Below, piece after piece: positions 14,949-22,557 of a stretch of 32,000 nt of DNA; within the stretch, counting starts at the first letter, position 1, and every line of letters starts with the position of its first letter. Made by a program: the position numbers and the translations under genes. The notes below the pieces were generated by a model, which saw only the letters and a list, made by a program, of their open reading frames with translations, was not told the DNA's origin and did no database searches. The stretch covers positions 480,001-512,000 of the forward strand of contig NZ_CP019633.1 in NCBI RefSeq assembly GCF_001997385.1, read 5' to 3'. This stretch comes from Sedimentisphaera cyanobacteriorum (GTDB lineage Bacteria; Planctomycetota; Phycisphaerae; Sedimentisphaerales; Sedimentisphaeraceae).

Positions 14949-16373
14949 ATGATGGAAAAATATACTTCCCCGCTTGTAGAGAGAAACGCTTCCGAACAGA
15001 TGTCGAGGCTTTTCGGGGCAGATAAAAAATTCGGTACGTGGAGAAGGCTCTGGCTTGAGCTTGCAAAGGCTGAGAAAGAGCTCGGACTTGATATTACTGA
15101 CCAGCAGATTGCCCAGATGCAGGAGAATCTGGAGAATATAGACTACGCCAAGGCGAAGGAGTATGAAAAGAAATTCCGCCACGACGTAATGGCGCACGTG
15201 CACACCTTCGCAGATGCCGCACCTTCAGCAGCGGGAATTATACATCTCGGAGCAACGAGCTGCTATGTCGGCGATAATGCTGATCTGATAATACTCCGCG
15301 AGGCGATGGAGCTGGTTAAAGCTAAGCTGGCCTCCGTGATAGACCTGCTGGCAAAATTTGCAGAGCAGTACAAATCTATGCCCACCCTCGGCTTCACTCA
15401 TTATCAGCCCGCACAGGTTACCACTGTAGGCAAGAGGGCGGCTCTTTGGTGTTATGAGTTTGTGATGGATTATCACGAGCTTGCCCACCGGATAGACAGC
15501 CTGCCCTTTAGAGGCGTTAAAGGCACAACGGGAACTCAGGCATCTTTTCTATCGCTTTTCGAAGGCAACCACGAAAAGGTGAAGGCATTGAACGAGAAGG
15601 TAACAAAGGCCTTCGGTTTCGATAAAAGCTGCATAGTTACAGGCCAGACATACCAGCGAAAGCTTGATACCTTAGCCGTTAATACGCTTTCGCTAATTGC
15701 TCAGTCTGCCCATAAAATGTGCAGCGATATCCGCCTTCTCGCCAACCTCAAGGAAATGGAAGAGCCTTTCGGCAAGAATCAGATCGGCTCCTCTGCAATG
15801 GCATACAAGAGAAACCCAATGCGAAGCGAAAGGGCCACAGCCCTGAGCAGGTTTGTTCTGAGCCTCTCCTCCAGCCCCGCTATGACTGCCTCAGAGCAGT
15901 GGTTCGAACGAACGCTTGATGATTCTGCAAACAGGCGTTTAGTCCTGCCTGAGGCGTTTCTCGCTGTTGACGGGATCCTCGAGATACTTATCAACATTTC
16001 CGGCGGCCTTGTGGTATATCCCAAAGTGATAGAGGCAAGGCTCAATTCAGAGCTTCCCTTTATGGCCTCGGAGAATATCCTTATGGCTGGCGTGAAGGCA
16101 GGCGGAGACCGCCAGAAGCTTCATGAAAAGATTAGGGTGTATTCGCAGCAGGCCGCTCAGCAGGTGAAAAATGAAGGTGCGAAAAACGACCTGCTCGAAA
16201 GACTCAGGGCAGACGATGACTTCAAAAATATAGATCTCGATCAGGTGCTGGACCCCTCTCTGTATATCGGAAGGTGTACTGAGCAGGTGGAGGAGTTTAT
16301 CGAGCAGGCTGTTGAGCCTGTGAGAAAGGCAAACAGAGATAAATTAAAGTGCTCAGCAGAGCTGAAAGTGTAA
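14949..16373 (+). CDS. purB: Adenylosuccinate lyase
   Basis: The fumarate-lyase signature [11 protein letters not shown], plus GFTHYQPAQ and the overall PurB layout. I prefer the ATG at 14949/14952 (MMEKYTSPL) over the listed TTG at 14904. Confidence 0.92.
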   Translation: MMEKYTSPLVERNASEQMSRLFGADKKFGTWRRLWLELAKAEKELGLDITDQQIAQMQENLENIDYAKAKEYEKKFRHDVMAHVHTFADAAPSAAGIIHLGATSCYVGDNADLIILREAMELVKAKLASVIDLLAKFAEQYKSMPTLGFTHYQPAQVTTVGKRAALWCYEFVMDYHELAHRIDSLPFRGVKGTTGTQASFLSLFEGNHEKVKALNEKVTKAFGFDKSCIVTGQTYQRKLDTLAVNTLSLIAQSAHKMCSDIRLLANLKEMEEPFGKNQIGSSAMAYKRNPMRSERATALSRFVLSLSSSPAMTASEQWFERTLDDSANRRLVLPEAFLAVDGILEILINISGGLVVYPKVIEARLNSELPFMASENILMAGVKAGGDRQKLHEKIRVYSQQAAQQVKNEGAKNDLLERLRADDDFKNIDLDQVLDPSLYIGRCTEQVEEFIEQAVEPVRKANRDKLKCSAELKV

Positions 16374-16408
16374 AAAGCTAATACAAATACGATTTTCAGG
16401 AAGAAAAT

Positions 16409-16936
16409 ATGAATAAACAAGAACTTACAGCAAGAATAAAACAGGAAGCATACCTTGAAGGCGATTTTACGCTGAGAAGCGGAAAGAAAAGCCATTATTA
16501 CCTTGATAAATACCTCTTCGAGGCCTGCCCTGATATCCTTAAGGCTCTCGGCGAGGAATTTGCAAAGTATGCAGATGATGATGTTACCCTGATCGCAGGC
16601 CCTGAGCTTGGCGGAGTTGCTCTTGCAGCCTCTGCCTCTATCGCAAGCGGGAAGAAATGGGTGATAATCCGCAACAGCAAAAAAGGCTACGGCACCGGCA
16701 ACGTTGTTGAAGGCGGAGAGATAACCGAAAACGATGTAGTGCTTCTTGTGGAGGATATCGCCACTACAGGCGGGCAGGTTGTAGAGGCGGCAAAGGTGAT
16801 TAGAGAGTCCGGAGCGAAGGTTAAGAAGATCGTTGCCGTGATAGACCGCAAGCAGGGGGCTGAAGAAAATATAACGGATGCAGGCTTTGAATTTGCCAGC
16901 ATTATCACAAAAGACGACCTCGGCATTACGGACTGA
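16409..16936 (+). CDS. pyrE: Orotate phosphoribosyltransferase
   Basis: FTLRSGKKSHYYLD and the PRPP-binding loop VVLLVEDIATTGGQ. Confidence 0.9.
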   Translation: MNKQELTARIKQEAYLEGDFTLRSGKKSHYYLDKYLFEACPDILKALGEEFAKYADDDVTLIAGPELGGVALAASASIASGKKWVIIRNSKKGYGTGNVVEGGEITENDVVLLVEDIATTGGQVVEAAKVIRESGAKVKKIVAVIDRKQGAEENITDAGFEFASIITKDDLGITD

Positions 16937-16955
16937 TTAGCCCGAAAGGCGGCAA

Positions 16956-17642
16956 ATGAAAGCGATTATTTCCTGCGAAAAACTCTGCAAGAGCTATCCG
17001 CTCGGCCAGTCTCGTATTGATGTGCTCAAAGGGGCGGATCTCAGCGTTCAGGATGGCGAGTTTGTTGTGATTGTGGGTGCGAGCGGCTCGGGCAAAAGCA
17101 CGCTTCTTCATATTCTCGGCGCATTGGACAAGCCCGATTCCGGGAAGGTTTTTTTCTCTGAAGAACAGATTAGCAGATACTCGGGAAGAAAGCTCGATTC
17201 ATACAGAAACCAAAATATAGGCTTTGTATTCCAGTTTTACCATCTCATTGAAGAGCTCAATGTAATGGAGAATATCCTCATACCTGCAATGGCGGGCTGC
17301 TCTGCAATTCGCTGGGCAGCCAAGAGCTCTTCTGCAAAAAATAGAGGCCGACAGCTGGCTGAAAGGCTCGGCCTGAGCGAAAGGCTCAAACACCGTCCAT
17401 CACAGCTCTCCGGAGGAGAGAGGCAGAGAGCAGCAATCGGCAGGGCTCTTATAAACAATCCCAGAGTTCTGCTTGCAGATGAGCCCACGGGAAACCTCGA
17501 CTGGCATACAGGCACGGAAATCCTTGATATCCTCAAAGACTTCCACAAAAACGGACAAACCATCTTGCTTGTTACCCACGATGAGAGAATTGCCTCCATG
17601 GCCGACAGGGTGGTTGCCATTCAGGATGGAGCAATCGTTTGA
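16956..17642 (+). CDS. ABC transporter ATP-binding protein (LolD/MacB-type)
   Basis: Walker A GASGSGKSTLL, Q-loop FVFQ, signature LSGGERQR, Walker B LLADEPTGNLD, H-loop TH. Confidence 0.88.
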   Translation: MKAIISCEKLCKSYPLGQSRIDVLKGADLSVQDGEFVVIVGASGSGKSTLLHILGALDKPDSGKVFFSEEQISRYSGRKLDSYRNQNIGFVFQFYHLIEELNVMENILIPAMAGCSAIRWAAKSSSAKNRGRQLAERLGLSERLKHRPSQLSGGERQRAAIGRALINNPRVLLADEPTGNLDWHTGTEILDILKDFHKNGQTILLVTHDERIASMADRVVAIQDGAIV

Positions 17643-18121
17643 AGGTGCTGGGTATAGACCCTGGCCTTCGCATCTGCGGCTACGCAGCCGTGCAAGGGGG
17701 GCTTCTCAGTACAAGCCTGCTTGAGGCGGGAGCAATAAGAATAAAAACAGACATCCCCCTCGAAAAACGCCTTGCCCAAATATCTGAAGACATCTCAAGC
17801 CTTATTGAATCTATACAGCCGGATGTGCTTGCTGTAGAAAAGCTCTACGCCCACTACAAACACCCCAGAACATCAATCCTCATGGGGCATGCAAGGGGTG
17901 TTATTCTTTTGGAAGCAGGAAGAAGAGATATTCGAGTGCTTGAATATGCCGCAACGAGAATAAAAAAATCTCTTACCGGCAGCGGCAAAGCCACAAAGCA
18001 GCAGATGCAGAAGGCGGTGCAGTCTGTTTTGGGGCTTCCCGAGCCGCCAAAACCTGCGGATGTAGCAGATGCAGCAGCAATAGCACTGTGCTGCGCAGGC
18101 GAGATGGAAACGAGATATTAA
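17639..18121 (+). CDS. ruvC: Crossover junction endodeoxyribonuclease RuvC
   Basis: MKVLGIDPGLRICGYA.. ..AVEKLYAH.. ..ADAAAIALC are RuvC motifs. The TTG start overlaps the TGA of the upstream ABC gene (tTTGA). GGAG lies 7 nt upstream. Confidence 0.9.
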   Translation: MKVLGIDPGLRICGYAAVQGGLLSTSLLEAGAIRIKTDIPLEKRLAQISEDISSLIESIQPDVLAVEKLYAHYKHPRTSILMGHARGVILLEAGRRDIRVLEYAATRIKKSLTGSGKATKQQMQKAVQSVLGLPEPPKPADVADAAAIALCCAGEMETRY

Positions 18122-18212
18122 AATAAAAATTCCGGGAAAAGTTTTTATTTCCCCGGAATCGATGTAAGTGTAAGAGGGAGCTGCGTTTGCAGCGGGAGAA
18201 GCAAACTTTTGA

Positions 18213-19662
18213 TAACGTCCCAAAGTTTGTGGATAAATTGCAAAAGGCTTGAGAAGTGATATAGTGTTATAGATAAGATAATACTTTTATCACAGGAGTC
18301 TCAAGCCATGCAGAACATTATATCATTAGAACTGATAAGTGCCACATCAGAAAATGGATTTTCTTTAGATGAATTGGTTTTCAGGACCAAAGAGTTATTT
18401 GAAACTGAGGCTATGGCAGGTTTTGTAAGCCTGATTCTTCAGTTGATTGATGAGCGAATATGTATGAACATTGTTCAAGGTAAATCGGATAATACCGGCC
18501 AATCATGCTGCTGCAATGAGCGGTTTGAATATCATGACAGGTCTCTTCGCCAGTTCAGGACTTCTGTCGGCACAGTCAAGATTAGCTGGCGTCGCTTAAA
18601 GTGCGTTAAATGCGGCAAGACAATAACTCCTTTGAGAGATTTTTTAGGCCTTGCACCCTACCAGTCAAAGACATTGGAGTTGGAAAAGCTGGTTACAGAA
18701 ATTGTAAGCGAACAAAGTTATCGCCGAAGCAGCACTCATCTTGAATCTATCGGCAGCATACCTGTTCCAAAGAGCACTGCCCATCGCTGGGTTGTACAGA
18801 CCGACTGCGATCAGATTGATACCGGCACAGATACATTCAGTCTTCTTTTTGCTGACGGCACCGGCTTTAAGCGTCGGCCCGATAAGGACAAACGCATAAG
18901 TAATCGCGGTGAGCTCAGAGTTGCCTTAGGAGTCACCAGAAGTAGTTCTGTGGTGCCTTTAGGGGCATTCAGCGGTAAAAGCTGGGACGAGATATCCTCG
19001 CTGGTCAAGGGCGAACGTAAGAACAAAGAGCTTGTTGCCGATATGCTTGTAAGCGAGGGCGAAACAGGTCTGGTTAAGAGTCTGGCCAAACTTTGCAATG
19101 ATAGCCAAAGAAGCCATTGGCACCTGGTTCGGGATCTGAATTATACGATGTGGAAGGATGATGCCGGCAAACTTGAACGTAAGCAAAAGCAGAAAGAATT
19201 GAATGCCGTAATTGGTATTGAAATTCCCGAGGAAGATTTTGAAAAGGTCTGTGATGATGACAAGAAAGATTTGCAAGATGCTGTCAATAGTGCCGAAAGT
19301 GATCTTCATAAGCTGATAGGCAAACTGCTGGAGAAGGGATATAAAATAGCAGCCGATTACCTGAACCGTTCAGCTAAAAATATGTTCAGCTATGCTCGCC
19401 GCTGGCTGGAGACAGGTATTGTAACTCCGCGGGTTTCCAGCATGATAGAACGGATGATGCGAGAGCTTGGTCGACGCCTTAAACGCATCGCATTTGGCTG
19501 GAGCGAAGAAGGAGCGGCAAAGATGGCCAGAATTATCATTAAAAGATTTACTTCAGAAAATCAATGGGAAAAATACTGGCACGAAAAACTGAGGTTATTG
19601 GACAATGTAATGCTTGCTCTAAAGACTATAAAAGTACAGAACCCACAAACTTTGGGACGTTA
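18213..19662 (+). mobile_element. ISLre2/UPF0236-like insertion sequence (about 1450 bp)
   Basis: Perfect 20-bp terminal inverted repeats: TAACGTCCCAAAGTTTGTGG at 18213-18232 and its reverse complement at 19643-19662. They enclose a single 451-aa ORF. No clear target-site duplication. Confidence 0.7.
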
Positions 19663-19663
19663 A
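18308..19663 (+). CDS. Putative ISLre2-family (UPF0236-like) transposase
   Basis: The layout resembles UPF0236/ISLre2 proteins: N-terminal helical region, then R.FRTSVGTVKISWRRLKCVKCGKT (zinc-ribbon-like CxxC), LGL..YQS, SEQSYRRSS, then LLFADGTGFK. AGGAG lies 9 nt upstream. Family assignment is from memory of the pattern only. Confidence 0.6.
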   Translation: MQNIISLELISATSENGFSLDELVFRTKELFETEAMAGFVSLILQLIDERICMNIVQGKSDNTGQSCCCNERFEYHDRSLRQFRTSVGTVKISWRRLKCVKCGKTITPLRDFLGLAPYQSKTLELEKLVTEIVSEQSYRRSSTHLESIGSIPVPKSTAHRWVVQTDCDQIDTGTDTFSLLFADGTGFKRRPDKDKRISNRGELRVALGVTRSSSVVPLGAFSGKSWDEISSLVKGERKNKELVADMLVSEGETGLVKSLAKLCNDSQRSHWHLVRDLNYTMWKDDAGKLERKQKQKELNAVIGIEIPEEDFEKVCDDDKKDLQDAVNSAESDLHKLIGKLLEKGYKIAADYLNRSAKNMFSYARRWLETGIVTPRVSSMIERMMRELGRRLKRIAFGWSEEGAAKMARIIIKRFTSENQWEKYWHEKLRLLDNVMLALKTIKVQNPQTLGR

Positions 19664-19862
19664 TAAAAATTTTTGATTTTAAATTTATTCTTTTTTCTTT
19701 TTGTCAGCGGATGCTGTCAACCAGAGTATGTAAGGCTCAATAAAGAAAATTTCCAAAAGCTTGATATAAACAAGGTAACTGAAGTAGACCTGGTTTCTAC
19801 TTCAGCTGGAGAGGAACCAAAGTTATGGAGACCGATATACAAGAATATATTTCCTATAAATA

Positions 19863-21393
19863 GTCGCCCCTGAAAAAGTTTAAAATTTCCTTAAATTCTT
19901 TTCTGATAATGGTTTATATGATTGAAAAGCTTTCGAGATATGGTATAATATTGCAAGTGTTTATCTTACATCTATCAAAACATTGCAATATTGGGACAAA
20001 ATAATGAAGGCAAAAAACAATAAAGCAGGCTTACTCTTTCAGCAGCCATTAAAACCTCTTGTAAATCCTGATCACTCTTTAGTCCAACTCTCAGAGGTTG
20101 TCAACTGGTCTCGCTTTGAAGAGAAGTTTGGCAGTTTATACAGTCCTGATTCAGGCAGGCCGGCCAAGCCGATTCGCCTGATGGTCGGCCTTCAGTATCT
20201 CAAGTACACTTTCAATCTCAGCGATGAAGCAATCGTTGCCGGCTGGGTTGAGAATCCTTACTGGCAGTATTTCTGCGGCGAAAGATACTTCCAGTACGAG
20301 CCTCCTATTGATCCAACCAGTATGACTAAGTGGCGTAATAAGGTAAAATCTGATGGTCTTGAAGAGCTGCTCGAAGAAACTATCAAAGCCGGCTTGAAGC
20401 TTAAGGTTATCAAAAAGAACGATTTCAACAAGCTCGTTGCAGATACAACCGTTCAGCAGAAGAACATCACTTATCCGACCGACGCAAAACTCTGCCACAA
20501 ACTGCGCATTAAGCTTGTAGATCTTGCAAAAGCATCAAAACTCCAACTTCGCCAAAGCTACGAAAGGGTTGGGAAAAGGGCGTATGTAATGCAGGGCAGG
20601 TATCGACGTGCAAGACAGTTCAAAAGAGCTAAAAAAGAAGTGAAGAAATTAAGGAACTACCTGCGGCGAATTACGAAAGAGGTCGAGCGGAATATAGCAG
20701 GCAATGAGCAGTTAAGAATAATTTTTGATACATTGCTTCAAGCCGCTAAGAAGCTTTTAGCCCAGACAAAGAAAAGCAAAAATAAACTCTACAGTATTCA
20801 CGAACCTCACGTCTGCTGCATTGGGAAAGGCAAAAGCCACAAGAAATATGAGTTTGGAAATAAGGTTGGAATTGTAACTACTGCCAAGAATAATTTTATC
20901 GTAGGAGCGTTGGGCTTTGAAGGAAACCCTTATGATGGCCATACTCTTCGGGCTAATCTGAAGCAGACAATGAATTTAATCGGGAGAGAAAAGCTTGGAG
21001 ATGTTTATGTTGATGGAGGATACAAGAAACATGGCTGCGAAGATATTGGAAATGTTGAAATTGTAGAAAAGGGCTGGCGAAAAAAGAAACGAAGTATCAA
21101 GAGGTGGATTAAGAGAAGATCGAGCATAGAACCAACGATAGGCCACCTCAAAGAAGACAACAGGTTGGGAAGAAACTTCTTGAAAGGTGTAGAAGGGGAC
21201 AAAATGAACGCCCTCGGCAGCGCTTTTGGGTACAATATGCGTAAACTTCTAAAGAAGTTTACTTTTGCCTATATTTTTATGCTTAAAATTATTGAATTTT
21301 ACAGAAATTTGGCAATGAAAAGCAAATTAAAGACTCGATTAGCCTGATATATTTTTTTAGTTTCCCCAAAATCATTGATTTTTCAGGAACGAC
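19863..21393 (+). mobile_element. IS5-family insertion sequence (about 1.53 kb)
   Basis: Terminal IRs GTCGCCCCTGAAAAA (19863-19877) and the reverse complement of GTCGTTCCTGAAAAA (21379-21393), 13/15 identical. The flanking direct repeat is TAAATA (19857-19862 / 21394-21399). Boundary and repeat length are ambiguous: 6, 4 or 2 bp depending on where the IR is ended. Confidence 0.8.
20004..21347 (+). CDS. IS5-family DDE transposase
   Basis: GRPAKPIRLMVGLQYLKYTFNLSDEAIVAGWVENPYWQYFCGERYF..PPIDPTSMTKWRNKV closely follows the conserved IS5 N-terminal region. I prefer the ATG at 20004 over the listed TTG at 19983. Confidence 0.85.
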   Translation: MKAKNNKAGLLFQQPLKPLVNPDHSLVQLSEVVNWSRFEEKFGSLYSPDSGRPAKPIRLMVGLQYLKYTFNLSDEAIVAGWVENPYWQYFCGERYFQYEPPIDPTSMTKWRNKVKSDGLEELLEETIKAGLKLKVIKKNDFNKLVADTTVQQKNITYPTDAKLCHKLRIKLVDLAKASKLQLRQSYERVGKRAYVMQGRYRRARQFKRAKKEVKKLRNYLRRITKEVERNIAGNEQLRIIFDTLLQAAKKLLAQTKKSKNKLYSIHEPHVCCIGKGKSHKKYEFGNKVGIVTTAKNNFIVGALGFEGNPYDGHTLRANLKQTMNLIGREKLGDVYVDGGYKKHGCEDIGNVEIVEKGWRKKKRSIKRWIKRRSSIEPTIGHLKEDNRLGRNFLKGVEGDKMNALGSAFGYNMRKLLKKFTFAYIFMLKIIEFYRNLAMKSKLKTRLA

Positions 21394-21785
21394 TAAATAA
21401 TACTGAAAGGATTCAATCAGTTTACCAGTGTATCAAAGAAGGCAAAAGTATAGATTATGCTGCTCCTTTTAAAAACCTGCTTTTCAAAACTGAGGGGAGA
21501 GTATATGTTTTGGGCATTCGCTGGGACAAAAAGGCTTGCTATGGTGACTTCTGGGAAAGTGTTGACCTGCTCAAGAATTTTGAATCATGGGGTTTTACTC
21601 ATCCGAAGGGCAAACCTAATTTGCCAGCCTCTAAAATAAAGCAAAAAGGGCCGTTTGAAAAGCCGTTAACTTGGTAAATTCGATTGTTTTAGGCATCATA
21701 AAAATACGTAGGTAACACAGAAGTCGTCAGAATGTAAGAGCAACAGATAATCTATGTAAAATGGTTGTATATGAGGTGGTTTAAA

Positions 21786-22022
21786 ATGAAATATTCAATT
21801 CTTATGATGTTACTAGCCGGACTGTTTTTATTGCCTTCCTGCCACAAAAAACCAAGTTATTTGATTACAGATAATATTACAGAGATAGAAAAATTTTATG
21901 TTTTGTTTTACCACGAAACACACGAAGGGGTTATGGTTTTGATTTATTATCCACAGATGGCACGGATGTCACAGATTTTATTTGGATTATACCACAAAAA
22001 AACGATATTTTATTGGAATTAG
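21786..22022 (+). CDS. Possible small lipoprotein, 3' part overrun by repeat A
   Basis: MKYSILMMLLAGLFLLPSC looks like a lipoprotein signal. The last ~25 codons are encoded by the repeat at 21943-21976, so the gene may be truncated or spurious. Confidence 0.3.
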   Translation: MKYSILMMLLAGLFLLPSCHKKPSYLITDNITEIEKFYVLFYHETHEGVMVLIYYPQMARMSQILFGLYHKKTIFYWN

Positions 22023-22491
22023 TGAAGATTAGTGGCGAGTGGCGAGTGGCAAGTGGCAAAATCATAAGCGAAAAATCTTTTCTAAAAGAATGCCTAGCGG
22101 GCGACTTGCGTCGCTCCGCTGTAGTACGGGGAATATTAAACATTGAGCCTGTCCGCCGCAGGCGGATCCTTCATGCGTGGCTCGGTTTAAATGTTCGCTT
22201 CGTCAAATCGCAGCGAAGTTTATTATCCACAGATGGCACGGATGACACAGATAATTTTGTGAATGTAAAGCCTTGCTGTAAAACCATTTACAAAAAAATC
22301 CTTCGCGCCCTTCGTCGTTTTAAAGAGAATTATTCACAACGAAGGAACCATCTTAGCGGAAATTAGTGAAGATTAGCGGTTAAAAAATATCCTCTCCGTT
22401 TCCTGTCCGCCGCAGGCGGAGAGTGATCGGAGTTGTCGGAGAAATGCAATATATTAATGCAGGGGCGAACGCGGAGGTTCGCCCCATTTTT
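21943..22491. repeat. Composite intergenic repeat region: A-B-C module present twice, plus a GC hairpin
   Basis: A: 34 bp at 21943-21976 vs 22219-22252 (33/34). B: AATTAGTGAAGATTAG at 22017-22032 vs 22361-22376 (16/16). C: CCTGTCCGCCGCAGGCGGA at 22148-22166 vs 22402-22420 (19/19; it contains the hairpin TCCGCC-GCA-GGCGGA). Hairpin GGGGCGAAC-GCGGAG-GTTCGCCCC at 22462-22485, followed by ATTTTT. Confidence 0.8.
22031..22058. repeat. Heptanucleotide tandem repeat (AGTGGCR x4)
   Basis: AGTGGCG AGTGGCG AGTGGCA AGTGGCA read directly. The related AGTGAAG lies just upstream at 22021-22027. Confidence 0.85.
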
Positions 22492-22557
22492 CGCTTCATG
22501 AAAATCTGCGAACAGCGTCTGTGCATTAGGCCGTTCTGTGCAGGGCATAGCCTGCGA

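Larger units (their letters stand above)
19673..21677 (+). pseudogene. Small lipoprotein-like gene split by the IS5 element (fragments 19673-19862 and 21400-21677)
   Basis: Deleting 19863-21399 (the IS plus one repeat copy) joins ..KNIFPIN|NTERIQSVYQC.. in frame, giving a 155-aa ORF with an FVSGC lipobox-like N-terminus. Confidence 0.7.

Noticed and set aside
18124-18212. Idea that the ISLre2-like element also split the lipoprotein-like gene, with its N-terminus left of 18213
   Set aside because: The matching frame left of the IS is open from about 18124 but contains no ATG, GTG or TTG start before the junction. In addition, a TAA at 19664-19666 closes the frame on the right side.
22013-22366. 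117-aa ORF (..ISGEWRVASGK..LSTDGTDDTDN..) and the minus-strand ORFs at 22363-22577
   Set aside because: The reading frames run straight through repeat blocks A, B and C and the heptamer array. These are translations of interspersed repeats, not genes.
21943-22491. Possible CRISPR array
   Set aside because: The repeats are of three different kinds, each present only twice, with irregular spacing. The heptamer array is far too short per unit. No cas genes are present.
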